This document shows positions 7,040-14,713 of a stretch of DNA of 26,142 nt, in pieces (within the stretch, counting starts at the first letter, position 1; each line of letters begins with the position of its first letter). Made by a program: the position numbers and the translations under genes. The DNA comes from Promethearchaeota archaeon (GTDB lineage: Archaea > Asgardarchaeota > Thorarchaeia > Thorarchaeales > Thorarchaeaceae). Where the stretch lies: assembly GCA_014728035.1 (NCBI GenBank), contig WJMJ01000060.1:1-26142 (forward strand), given 5' to 3'. The notes beneath the pieces were generated by a model that was given only the letters and a program-made list of their open reading frames with translations, was not told where the DNA came from and did no database searches.

Positions 7040-7098
7040 CGCCTGTGTCTCCTGTGTTCTCGGGCTGTTCACGGCGGCAGCTGATCCCGGTGTTATGC
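6969..7098 (-). mobile_element. long integron attC-like site (130 bp)
   Basis: R'' GCATAAC-N5-GATCAGCTGCCGCC ... GGCGGTCAGCCTG(C)ATC-N5-GTTCGCT; the SD and start codon sit in the loop. Confidence 0.55.
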
Positions 7099-7152
7099 CA
7101 TCCGAATCACGTCCAAGTCGTCGTCAGGCCCGAGGGCGTGTCGGCAGGCGCT

Positions 7153-7458
7153 TCACGTGTCGACACTCACTTTCGAAACAAAATCATCATTATATTCTAA
7201 TGTGAAATTATTTATGCCATAATCCCATATCTTGGCATGCCCGTCGAAAAACACAATGCAAACGGAACGATATTGACCAATCGGTTCAAATATCACTTCT
7301 GACGAAATATCTATTGTCGAGTAATTATGTGCGATATCGATCTGGGAAGATATTCCCTTCGCAAATTCGTCAAGAAGTTCTGGGAAATTAAGAAAATTAA
7401 AATTAATAAAACTTACATCTATTTCCTTAACATATACCCCAGGATTTATATAATTCAT
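7153..7458 (-). CDS. hypothetical protein beginning with a tail-sheath N-terminal motif
   Basis: MNYINPGVYVKEIDVS resembles the (S)PGVYVxEiD start of contractile sheath proteins; ATGA coupling at 7455-7458. Confidence 0.6.
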   Translation of the reverse strand: MNYINPGVYVKEIDVSFINFNFLNFPELLDEFAKGISSQIDIAHNYSTIDISSEVIFEPIGQYRSVCIVFFDGHAKIWDYGINNFTLEYNDDFVSKVSVDT

Positions 7459-7985
7459 ATTCTGTCTCTCACCCACCTCAAAATCCCGTCATGGTCATCG
7501 AATCTTGCTTTATGGGCATCTATTCCGATCCCACTCACATAATTGTCTATAACACTATCCATAATTATTGCTTGGCCCAAATCTTCATATCTGCCGTTGC
7601 TTTTGTAATCACAACCCTGTCTATCCAATATTATGTTTAGTGACGGGTATTCCTCTTCGAAGTCGTTTGCTATCTTTTGAAGACAATCCCATCTTTTAAA
7701 TCCGTACTTCATTGCATAACATATAGACAACACTAGAGGAGAATCAGTAACTATGTATCCATTGCTGTTCCTCAACACTAAATATTCTTTTCTTAATTGC
7801 TGAGTGAATAGATAGGCTTGATCAAATGAACATATTTCTCTCTTCTCATATGCCCATGATTTAACATACTCATCAACAAGTTCTATTTCATGACCTTCTG
7901 CTTTCATCTTACTAAAAATATTGGCAGCCACCGTGGATTTGCCACATCCGGGACCGCCAAATATATTAATTCTTCTTATGCCCAT
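7455..7985 (-). CDS. P-loop ATPase/kinase (NadR/AAA_28-like)
   Basis: INIFGGPGCGKST Walker A, EYVK.WA, IVTDSPL, Y...GR. Confidence 0.8.
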   Translation of the reverse strand: MGIRRINIFGGPGCGKSTVAANIFSKMKAEGHEIELVDEYVKSWAYEKREICSFDQAYLFTQQLRKEYLVLRNSNGYIVTDSPLVLSICYAMKYGFKRWDCLQKIANDFEEEYPSLNIILDRQGCDYKSNGRYEDLGQAIIMDSVIDNYVSGIGIDAHKARFDDHDGILRWVRDRI

Positions 7986-8427
7986 TATTTTTCATTTCTT
8001 CCGACACATCTACCATTTTATCGCCTCTTAGAATATATAGAGACCCAAGAGTTCTACCGAAACTACCTGTCTCCCCTGTCGTTTTAAGATAAACAGTTCC
8101 TTCTTCTAAGATATTGATTAAAAAGTTTTTGGCGTCTATTCCTTTATCTTTATTATCCCCTCTTGTCTCCCAAACGTCTAAATTATCGAAACGTATGCGC
8201 TTATCGAGAGTTATGTCTGTCCATACCTTGAATCTTAGATCAACTGTATCTCCATCAACTACTCTAACTACTTCTGATTTATAATATCTTGGTCCCTCTA
8301 AAGGCCTAATCACAGTCGGAAATGTGTCTGCTGCGTGGGAAGGTGGTTCTTGGATGAAGCAAGTTGCAACAATAACAGAAACGACAATGGCACCAGCAAC
8401 ATATGTATTTATTAAGATTTTGCGCAT
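7966..8427 (-). CDS. thermonuclease (SNase-like) with N-terminal hydrophobic segment
   Basis: VVRVVDGDTV, RIR..LD.WE, SFGRTLG; start MRKILIN at 8427 preferred over 8478. Confidence 0.85.
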   Translation of the reverse strand: MRKILINTYVAGAIVVSVIVATCFIQEPPSHAADTFPTVIRPLEGPRYYKSEVVRVVDGDTVDLRFKVWTDITLDKRIRFDNLDVWETRGDNKDKGIDAKNFLINILEEGTVYLKTTGETGSFGRTLGSLYILRGDKMVDVSEEMKNNGHKKN

Positions 8428-8759
8428 TTGTGTTTCTCCATATAAGAATCTATTGCGTGGGCAACTTTTCCAAAACAATCAGGTGTAGCGTATTCTACAA
8501 AAACATGGAGATGAGCATGAACCACCAACATGTGATCTAACAAAAAATAAACAGACACGACTGTATTCCAATCGTTATGTAAAATAAATCTTGTTATAAA
8601 CCCTGATTTAGATGTACTAATACCCGGACATTTTACTAATCTTTTTATTTCTTTAGTGAATTCCTTAATTATTTCAGAAATTTCAGAATCACCATAATTG
8701 GCCTGTTTTGTGATATCTGTTACTAACATATGCGTTTCGTCAATCCAAGAGCAACACAA
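8412..8759 (-). CDS. hypothetical protein (start uncertain)
   Basis: ORF track; carries a C-terminal YATPDCF motif. Confidence 0.55.
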   Translation of the reverse strand: MCCSWIDETHMLVTDITKQANYGDSEISEIIKEFTKEIKRLVKCPGISTSKSGFITRFILHNDWNTVVSVYFLLDHMLVVHAHLHVFVEYATPDCFGKVAHAIDSYMEKHKCAKS

Positions 8760-9031
8760 GCGTCAAAGACGAAAACAAGAGATGGGTCTTTGTCAAAATC
8801 AAACCATCCACCTAACTTGTTTATCTTCCCTCTTTTTATTATTCCACCATCACGCCAGTTCTTACACAATCTTTTGATTGTCCTTGTGTCTGTGTCTAGG
8901 CGTCTCGATAGTGATTTGATATCTATTTTGTTGTCATTATATATGTGCAAAAGGCATATGCAGGCCAGTAGAATGTCTTCTTCTACATCCAGATTACCGA
9001 TATTTTCTATTATTTCATCGATGTCATTCAT
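8723..9031 (-). CDS. hypothetical protein, possible winged-helix
   Basis: IKSLSRRLDTDTRTIKRLCKNWRDGGII is HTH-like. Confidence 0.55.
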   Translation of the reverse strand: MNDIDEIIENIGNLDVEEDILLACICLLHIYNDNKIDIKSLSRRLDTDTRTIKRLCKNWRDGGIIKRGKINKLGGWFDFDKDPSLVFVFDACVALGLTKRIC

Positions 9032-9518
9032 GGGCTAAAGGCAGGGCTATGTCCATATCAATATCGTAGTATATTTGCGATAAGATATCGACCGCCGCCT
9101 TTTCATTTTGTCTTGCCCATCTTTCTATGGTCAACGATGACAAAACGGGAATGTTCAATATCGGCCAAGCCAATCCACGCATCCACTTCATTTGCCTACG
9201 GTGTGTTAGTTCATGTATTATTATGCTTATTGCGACTTCGTTATTTGGTACTCCACTTACGGACTTCCAGCACAATTGTTTAACAATGTCTGGACTCAAC
9301 ATTATTCTGTTGCTAAAAAACTTTGTCGCACCCATAACCCCGTTATCTAAATTCATTCCTTTATCTTCACAAAATTGCAACCCATATAGGTCAGACACGA
9401 ACTCCCATGGCAGATTTCTATTTGCCAAATTCGCGACACCAATTTCTATTTCAGTAATCTCTTTATGAGTCAATGACCTTATGTTTTCTTCTTTATAGAA
9501 ATAAAAATATCCCATCAA
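9024..9518 (-). CDS. zincin-like HExxH protein
   Basis: IIIHELTHRRQ with a downstream E..A. Confidence 0.65.
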   Translation of the reverse strand: MMGYFYFYKEENIRSLTHKEITEIEIGVANLANRNLPWEFVSDLYGLQFCEDKGMNLDNGVMGATKFFSNRIMLSPDIVKQLCWKSVSGVPNNEVAISIIIHELTHRRQMKWMRGLAWPILNIPVLSSLTIERWARQNEKAAVDILSQIYYDIDMDIALPLAHE

Positions 9519-9601
9519 ACCCTCATTTCTTTAATTGATCCTTGAACCATTTAGAATATCTTTCTATGCGTTCTTGTTCTTTTTTGTCTTGTTTTTGTTT
9601 T

Positions 9602-9892
9602 CTATTCTTTCTTTGTTTGTGTTCTTGTTTCTCCAATTTTCTTTCCCTCACCAACAAAAGCCAATTTCCAAAAATCATATTCTGATATTGTAATGTTTGG
9701 TGCCCCAACATCAACACCGTATATTTTCTCCCAATCTCTTCCGGATTTCCAACGCAAATGTAATATCAAAATCGCCAACAAATGACGCATTTTAAACTTA
9801 TTTGGCCCTTTGGCCAAATAGTACCCAAGAAATAATGAACCCACAATAAGAGATAAACTATACCCGACAACACCAATAACTATGTATATCAT
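9602..9892 (-). CDS. membrane protein
   Basis: Hydrophobic N-terminal helix; coupled to the upstream stop. Confidence 0.55.
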   Translation of the reverse strand: MIYIVIGVVGYSLSLIVGSLFLGYYLAKGPNKFKMRHLLAILILHLRWKSGRDWEKIYGVDVGAPNITISEYDFWKLAFVGEGKKIGETRTQTKKE

Positions 9893-10635
9893 ATATCTAA
9901 TTCCCTAAGACCAGAACGACGTAATGTTTCTAAACTGTGCCTTGTCCTTCGTTCCATTCGTCTATCTAATTCTTGGTCCATAAATTCATATAAATAGTTC
10001 ATTCTTGATTCAATAATCTCGAGCTTATTGGTTAATCTGTTCCATTCTTTCTTCATCATTTCATATTCGTCTTTTATCTCGTCATATCTCGTTGCTTTGT
10101 TGTGAAGCATCCTGTCATGTTCTATTCTTGACTTTCTAGACAATTCTTCATCTATCTTTCGTTTCTCCACATATTCTGGATCTATTTTCTCCATTAGTTC
10201 ATCTTTGCGAATCTTGGTTAATCTCCTACACTCATCCACAAAACATGATCCACAAGTAGTTCCCAACCATTGTATTAGTGATTGAGCAACACACTCGGCA
10301 AAATATCTTTCTTGTAAAGTAAATCTTCCTTTTATGTCTTCTATATCACTAAATATGTAATCGAGAATTTTAATATGGGAACCATTGCAATAATAATCCC
10401 ACATTTCAGCAAATGATCTCTCCTCTATCACCTGCATGGGCGGGGGCAAATATGTCTTGGCTTGTTCTACTAATTGTTCGTCGGATTTTATTCTATGTCT
10501 TTTAACTATATTAACAATGCTGTTTCCCCATCCATACGAATATTTGTTACTAAATGGAGACCCAGAACGCATCCACGGAACATCGTTCTTGGCATTCTGC
10601 ATTTCAAAATCAAATGACAACTGCTCTTCGGGCAT
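9889..10635 (-). CDS. coiled-coil hypothetical protein with N-terminal QLSFDF and C-terminal RELDI
   Basis: ORF track, 248 aa. Confidence 0.75.
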   Translation of the reverse strand: MPEEQLSFDFEMQNAKNDVPWMRSGSPFSNKYSYGWGNSIVNIVKRHRIKSDEQLVEQAKTYLPPPMQVIEERSFAEMWDYYCNGSHIKILDYIFSDIEDIKGRFTLQERYFAECVAQSLIQWLGTTCGSCFVDECRRLTKIRKDELMEKIDPEYVEKRKIDEELSRKSRIEHDRMLHNKATRYDEIKDEYEMMKKEWNRLTNKLEIIESRMNYLYEFMDQELDRRMERRTRHSLETLRRSGLRELDI

Positions 10636-11228
10636 TAATTATCTACACTTAAATGATCATTAATAAGCTCTACTTTATATCCAGAAAATCTATCACGCGG
10701 TATTATGGTTTTTTGTGATTCCAATTTGGCAAATGGGATTAACCAACAACTAAATTCAATATCCATTAGAAAGAAATAATCAACTTCTTCCGAAGTGTAT
10801 GGTACTCCTCTAGATGAAGTGCTATTATTTCTTCTCCTCACTAATTTGAAAATATAACCACCTTGTGGGGACTTACCATAGCTTGATTTCACCTGCACCT
10901 TTTTTAATCCATCACCAAAATCCACCATAAGATCAAAAGGCTCACATTCATCGGGAATCAAAAAATTATAACCAGATATCCGACACATAAACCTCAATTG
11001 ATCTTGTGCAGCTTTGTGCAATTTTGTTCGATCAACAGTAAACTTTATAGAGAGTTCGGATTCATCTGGCTTTGTTTGATTGGTTCCTCGAGGCCTTCTA
11101 AGACCCAATTTGATGAGTCTCTTCCCAACCGTTGCTGGGTGTTTAATATTAAGAATTTTTGCGATTCTCCTCGCTCCAAATCCCTGATTAAATAATTTTT
11201 CTATTTCTTTATCCCATTTGCCAGCCAT
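10635..11228 (-). CDS. free-standing PD-(D/E)XK homing endonuclease (I-Ssp6803I/PDDEXK_5-like) with N-terminal HTH
   Basis: PFDLMVD....KKVQVKS, Y...EVDYFF, WLIPF; true start MAGKW at 11228 after GGAGGA (the track's extension overlaps a tRNA). Confidence 0.8.
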   Translation of the reverse strand: MAGKWDKEIEKLFNQGFGARRIAKILNIKHPATVGKRLIKLGLRRPRGTNQTKPDESELSIKFTVDRTKLHKAAQDQLRFMCRISGYNFLIPDECEPFDLMVDFGDGLKKVQVKSSYGKSPQGGYIFKLVRRRNNSTSSRGVPYTSEEVDYFFLMDIEFSCWLIPFAKLESQKTIIPRDRFSGYKVELINDHLSVDN

Positions 11229-11285
11229 ATCTTCCTCCTTTTTCTTACTTTTGAGGAAGACACCGCTGACCAATGGTCTATTGTG

Positions 11286-11374
11286 TGGTGCCGGAGGTGG
11301 GATTCGGACCCACACGCGGCTTACGCCGAGCACATTTTAAATGTGCTGCCTCCTGCCGATTGGGCTACTCCGGC
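11286..11374 (-). tRNA. tRNA-Leu(UAA)
   Basis: Cloverleaf, long variable arm, loop TT-TAA-AA, CCA encoded. Confidence 0.9.
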
Positions 11375-11378
11375 AAAT

Positions 11379-11738
11379 TTATATGTCTAAATTTCTGTCT
11401 ATTTTTCCAAATGATGTCCTATGTTCATTATCTTCATCTTCCAAATATTCTTCAATTGATTCTTTCAAAGCTGCTTTTTGTCTTGGGTCGAGTTGTTCTA
11501 TACTTTTACCGCTTACACGTAACAAAGCTCTTGCTATCTCCCTGTTCTTGAGTCTGAGTTTGTTATATAATTCAATCAATTCCTCAACTTCAACATAAGC
11601 GTCTTCTATGATACTAGAAGAACTAAAACTAGAAGAACTAAAACTAGAAGAACTAAAATTATAAGAACTATAAGAAGAATTATAGGAATAATCAATACCT
11701 ATTGTACAAATTGCCGACGCAATAACAGGAGAACTCAC
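11379..11738 (-). CDS. Ser-rich hypothetical protein ending RNLDI
   Basis: ORF track. Confidence 0.6.
   Translation of the reverse strand: MSSPVIASAICTIGIDYSYNSSYSSYNFSSSSFSSSSFSSSSIIEDAYVEVEELIELYNKLRLKNREIARALLRVSGKSIEQLDPRQKAALKESIEEYLEDEDNEHRTSFGKIDRNLDI
11613..11657. repeat. 15-bp tandem repeat x3 (ACTAGAAGAACTAAA) encoding FSSSS
   Basis: Read directly from the sequence. Confidence 0.85.
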
Positions 11739-11977
11739 AACTCTTCCTCCTCGATTTCAAGAGTTCCGTGCACTAGCGGATGCTCTTCTTTCTTAACCTT
11801 TCCGCTCTTTTTATCCACTTGCTCATTTTCCTGTGTTGCTTCTTGTCTAACTTCAGGCCGTAACATTTTTTCTGGTACTTGGGGTACGTCTTTACGTTCT
11901 TTATGTGTCTTGTCGCCGACCCCATTTTCTTTTATGTCTTCTTTCTTTTTAAGAGGACCAAAATCATGAATAGGCAC
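11735..11977 (-). CDS. charged, likely disordered hypothetical protein
   Basis: SD AGGAGG, GTG start. Confidence 0.55.
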   Translation of the reverse strand: MPIHDFGPLKKKEDIKENGVGDKTHKERKDVPQVPEKMLRPEVRQEATQENEQVDKKSGKVKKEEHPLVHGTLEIEEEEL

Positions 11978-12015
11978 ATCAATCCTCCTGATGTTTATAT
12001 CTTCAAATATAATTT

Positions 12016-12273
12016 ATGAAGAGACTTCTTTTAATAATTATCATGCCAATCATTGTCTCTGGTTGCGCCCCCATCAAAAACATGATTAATGTTGTGTTAA
12101 GAGAAGATCCTGGATGGAACATGTCTGGTTATGTTATTAAAGACAAAACATCAAAAATCAAGATCGGCAGCATATCTGATGAAATAATATATACAGAAGA
12201 AGACAAGGAGAAAGAAGAATTCACAAAGCAAGAAGGTATGATAATAGGTACATTCTTCAAGAAGACTTTCTGA
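12016..12273 (+). CDS. putative lipoprotein
   Basis: MKRLLLIIIMPIIVSG-C signal peptide II / lipobox. Confidence 0.7.
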   Translation: MKRLLLIIIMPIIVSGCAPIKNMINVVLREDPGWNMSGYVIKDKTSKIKIGSISDEIIYTEEDKEKEEFTKQEGMIIGTFFKKTF

Positions 12274-12535
12274 TTGGAACAATGTCGAATTTATAACTAG
12301 CCCACAACCGGTTTTTCTTAAGTTGCTTTATTGCTCTATTGGCGTCGGACCGTCTGTGATATCGACCAACAGTCATATCGATGAAAGGCGACTTCAAAAC
12401 ATGCGCAATCGATCCTTTAGGTGGGCTCCCTCCAACAACCTTTACCTTCCACTTCTTTTTCTTCCTGTTTCTTCGGTGCTTAGAGACACCAGGAAGAATA
12501 TATTGCCTTAGTTTATTTTTTGGTATTATATCCAT
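12257..12535 (-). CDS. basic hypothetical protein (start MDIIPK)
   Basis: Track ORF trimmed to exclude tRNA-Val. Confidence 0.55.
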   Translation of the reverse strand: MDIIPKNKLRQYILPGVSKHRRNRKKKKWKVKVVGGSPPKGSIAHVLKSPFIDMTVGRYHRRSDANRAIKQLKKNRLWASYKFDIVPIRKSS

Positions 12536-12541
12536 GGTTTT

Positions 12542-12619
12542 TGGTGGGCGGTACAGGATTTGAACCTGTCTTATTCCACTTTGTAGGAGTGGTGCCATTG
12601 CCAGCTAGGCGAACCGCCC
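12542..12619 (-). tRNA. tRNA-Val(UAC)
   Basis: Cloverleaf; loop CC-TAC-AA (C33); CCA. Confidence 0.88.
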
Positions 12620-12993
12620 AAGAATATTTTTGCTTGTCTCTGCTCTACGATGTAATTAGATACTAATTTTTGTGCTCTATCGACATATCTGCATATTGTC
12701 TTAATTGGATCAAAATCAGGATTGGACACGTCATACGTCTCTGCAAGAATCGAAGTTGAATCTGGTAATTCGTCCATACACAATTCAATAGCACATCCCT
12801 TAAATATTACATATACAAGAATTGACGATCTGCTCAACTTAACATAAATATGGCTTCTGTGATAGTTTGTACGCGTCTCTAAATTGATTTTTGAGTCAAT
12901 CTCGTTAAATATCCCAGAAAACAGCGCTTCGTCAACACAAATATCCTCTACCGTTCGGTGCATTGCACTTCCTTGTGTTACGATACTTTGCAT
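12571..12993 (-). CDS. hypothetical protein, 3' end overlaps tRNA-Val
   Basis: ORF track; YDVSNPDF motif. Confidence 0.55.
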   Translation of the reverse strand: MQSIVTQGSAMHRTVEDICVDEALFSGIFNEIDSKINLETRTNYHRSHIYVKLSRSSILVYVIFKGCAIELCMDELPDSTSILAETYDVSNPDFDPIKTICRYVDRAQKLVSNYIVEQRQAKIFLGGSPSWQWHHSYKVE

Positions 12994-13063
12994 TACATTA
13001 GGAATGTCATCAAAGGTAGCCCAATACGTTCAATTACACTACCTTGCATTTCGATACCTTTCA

Positions 13064-13720
13064 TCACATTGTCTCTTCGTTCCGTTCCATTACTGGTTCA
13101 TTCCATTCAGTTACATTATCTTTCTTTGCGGTACCATAGTGTTCTAATAGATCATTTACCTCCCTTTTGATATTATCAATAAACGCTTCATGCTCGCCCA
13201 ATACGAATTGTAATTTTCTAATCATAACAATGTCATCAATGGATTTTTGGAATTTTTCCCTATAATCGGGCATTTCTAAATCAACAAATCCTTCAATGAC
13301 ATTGCGCCTATAATCAGCCATGCTTTTCAGTTTTATGGTGGCGTCTTGAACATCAACAATAACATCTATGTGCGCCTTCTTTGTTCTTGGTAAATATTTT
13401 GATGGCTTTGATGGATCCGATGATTCAATGATTGCATTGGAATGTCCAGAATAGCTCAGATCAAATATTACAGAATAAGGTAAATCAATGCATAAATCGT
13501 AAAGTATCTCCCACCCTATTTCGGCTTCGTTATCGATCATTTTTTGACATTCTGCACAAAACCTCTCATGTAAGGAAATTTCTTTTCTGCAAAACGCACA
13601 TCTCCTGATGATCTTAGAAATACTAGGAATGATCTTAGAAATACCAAGATCTTTCACTTCACGTTTTTTCTCAAATAGACGACCGAGAATCATTCTGAAT
13701 ATGGCAAGAAAGCCTTCCAT
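13064..13720 (-). CDS. hypothetical protein with CxxC..CxxC
   Basis: ORF track, 218 aa. Confidence 0.7.
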   Translation of the reverse strand: MEGFLAIFRMILGRLFEKKREVKDLGISKIIPSISKIIRRCAFCRKEISLHERFCAECQKMIDNEAEIGWEILYDLCIDLPYSVIFDLSYSGHSNAIIESSDPSKPSKYLPRTKKAHIDVIVDVQDATIKLKSMADYRRNVIEGFVDLEMPDYREKFQKSIDDIVMIRKLQFVLGEHEAFIDNIKREVNDLLEHYGTAKKDNVTEWNEPVMERNEETM

Positions 13721-13787
13721 TCCTGATCCTGTACTATGCCTTATAGTGCTCTACGTTTAGCTTCATTGCCATACGATGTTAAATACA

Positions 13788-13844
13788 TGGTGCCCTCGGA
13801 AGGATTCAAACCTTCACGCCTTTCGGCATAGGTTCTCCCAATGC
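13788..13844 (-). pseudogene. 3' part of a broken tRNA-Leu(GAG)
   Basis: ..GAG AA CCTAT GCCGAAAGGC GT GAAGG TTTGAAT CCTTC CGAGGGC A CCA; D-arm and 5' acceptor strand are missing here. Confidence 0.75.
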
Positions 13845-13930
13845 TGGTGGCCGGAGAGGGGATCGAACCCTCACGCCTTTTGGCACTGCATTCTAAGTGC
13901 AGCTCGTCTGCCTAATTCCGACATCCGGCC
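13845..13930 (-). tRNA. tRNA-Leu(UAG)
   Basis: Cloverleaf, long variable arm, loop CT-TAG-AA, CCA. Confidence 0.9.
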
Positions 13931-13934
13931 CTCT

Positions 13935-14015
13935 TTTTGGACCAATATATCCTGGTCCGGGTTTTTCTATTCCAAGTTTCTTACACCATTTTCTCACAGC
14001 AACATCAGAAACACC
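13935..14015 (-). pseudogene. C-terminal HTH fragment (GVSDVAVRKWCKKLGIEKPGPGY) with no start codon
   Basis: Hand translation; resembles HTH tails of tRNA-cluster endonuclease genes. Confidence 0.55.
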
Positions 14016-14032
14016 AATTCCACCACGAGGGC
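14013..14032 (-). pseudogene. 5' part of the broken tRNA-Leu(GAG)
   Basis: GCCCTCG TG GTGGAATTGGT; GCCCTCG is the exact complement of the orphan 3' acceptor strand CGAGGGC. Confidence 0.7.
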
Positions 14033-14035
14033 TCT

Positions 14036-14111
14036 TGGTGGAGAGGATCAGAATCGAACTGATATCTCTGGCTTTTCAGGCCAGCGCCTTGACCGGCTTG
14101 GCTACCTCTCC
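14036..14111 (-). tRNA. tRNA-Phe(GAA)
   Basis: Cloverleaf, loop CT-GAA-AA, CCA. Confidence 0.9.
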
Positions 14112-14302
14112 GATTTTTTGAATTTCTGAAAATCTCTGACAAGTTCTTCCATTTCAAAGAAATCCTTGCCCATTATTGATATGATGTTGCTCTTGGAAGG
14201 TGATAACCCATATTCCACACATATTCTATGAGCAGCATTGAGTGCGTCTTGATAATATAATAATTTGCTGTATATTCCTGTTGTCGATTTTTTGCTTCTC
14301 AT
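14102..14302 (-). CDS. hypothetical protein
   Basis: ORF track; ATGA coupling. Confidence 0.55.
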   Translation of the reverse strand: MRSKKSTTGIYSKLLYYQDALNAAHRICVEYGLSPSKSNIISIMGKDFFEMEELVRDFQKFKKSER

Positions 14303-14405
14303 TCATCTTCGCCAGAAAACCTACTTTTTCTTTGTGTCCTTTCGCGAAGCATGTTCTCTACTAAACTTGATGTCACTATACCAACAGGTAGTGCAAGTGC
14401 GATTC

Positions 14406-14618
14406 TCATGACCTCGCCCTGCTCTCCCACGCGTCGAACAGATCGTCGAACGCAATCAATCCCTTCGCCAACAAGCGAAGGGCATTCCGAAATCCGTCCT
14501 CGGAAACGAAGGCGATGAACAAGCACAGGATCGGCCAAAGGACCGCGAGCACGATCCAGACAGGCCACGATATGATCGTGAACAGAAGGTCTCCGACAAA
14601 CCGCTTAAACGTAGTCAT
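14406..14618 (-). CDS. small GC-rich membrane protein
   Basis: SD GAGG; hydrophobic core; visibly higher GC than the flanks. Confidence 0.6.
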   Translation of the reverse strand: MTTFKRFVGDLLFTIISWPVWIVLAVLWPILCLFIAFVSEDGFRNALRLLAKGLIAFDDLFDAWESRARS

Positions 14619-14713
14619 GCGTCCCCCTCATTAGCATAATATACATATATTGGTAGAATAATAGACAATATAATGAGTATAATTCCTGCGATTTTTAATA
14701 TCATACCCATTAA

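Noticed and set aside
10635-11374. Group I intron in tRNA-Leu(UAA)
   Set aside because: The tRNA is contiguous and the endonuclease gene lies outside it.
13776-14129. Plus-strand ORFs over tRNA clusters (also 16234, 16311, 17334, 21149, 23880, 24170)
   Set aside because: Antisense translations of tRNA genes.
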